This document shows positions 13,728 through 13,791 of a stretch of 13,791 nt of DNA, one piece after another; the first letter of the stretch is position 1; each line of letters starts with the position of its first letter. This DNA comes from Nanobdellota archaeon (GTDB taxonomy: Archaea > Aenigmatarchaeota > Aenigmatarchaeia > QMZP01). Both the position numbers and the translations under genes were made by a program. The notes beneath the pieces were generated by a model. That model saw nothing but the letters and a program-made list of their open reading frames with translations. It did no database searches and was not told the DNA's origin. Location of the stretch: the NCBI GenBank assembly GCA_043814765.1, contig JBDRJQ010000017.1, positions 1 through 13,791 of the forward strand, in the 5' to 3' direction.

Positions 13728-13791
13728 GGTGTTTAACCTCCTTTTTGTCGTGATTATTTATTTGGTTAAACGCCCGTGATGATGTTGCATT

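Overview
AT-rich archaeal chromosomal segment. A DPANN affiliation (Aenigmarchaeota/Woesearchaeota-like) is inferred from the gene families and promoter style. From left to right: the 5' part of cdc48 (missed by the ORF track because it runs off the window edge); co-oriented genes for a small winged-helix regulator, a HypC-like OB-fold protein lacking the N-terminal Cys, and a solo Cas4-like Fe-S nuclease; several small hypotheticals; a VIT1/CCC1-like membrane protein divergent from a single-cluster ferredoxin; an MCM helicase interrupted by two LAGLIDADG inteins (549 and 440 aa; the first has tandem Xre-HTH domains); a putative operon of a Cys-rich membrane protein, an unannotated 23-aa polybasic ...KKCGCC peptide and a secreted transglutaminase-like protein, preceded by an 11-bp palindrome; and a membrane-anchored cyclophilin gene broken by an internal out-of-frame deletion. 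The right end is a stem-rich, mostly non-coding region containing a 69-nt tRNA-shaped four-way junction and a stop-interrupted Cys micro-ORF behind a strong SD, downstream of an 82-aa orphan. No CRISPR array, rRNA or canonical tRNA was seen. All assignments were made by eye; no searches were run.
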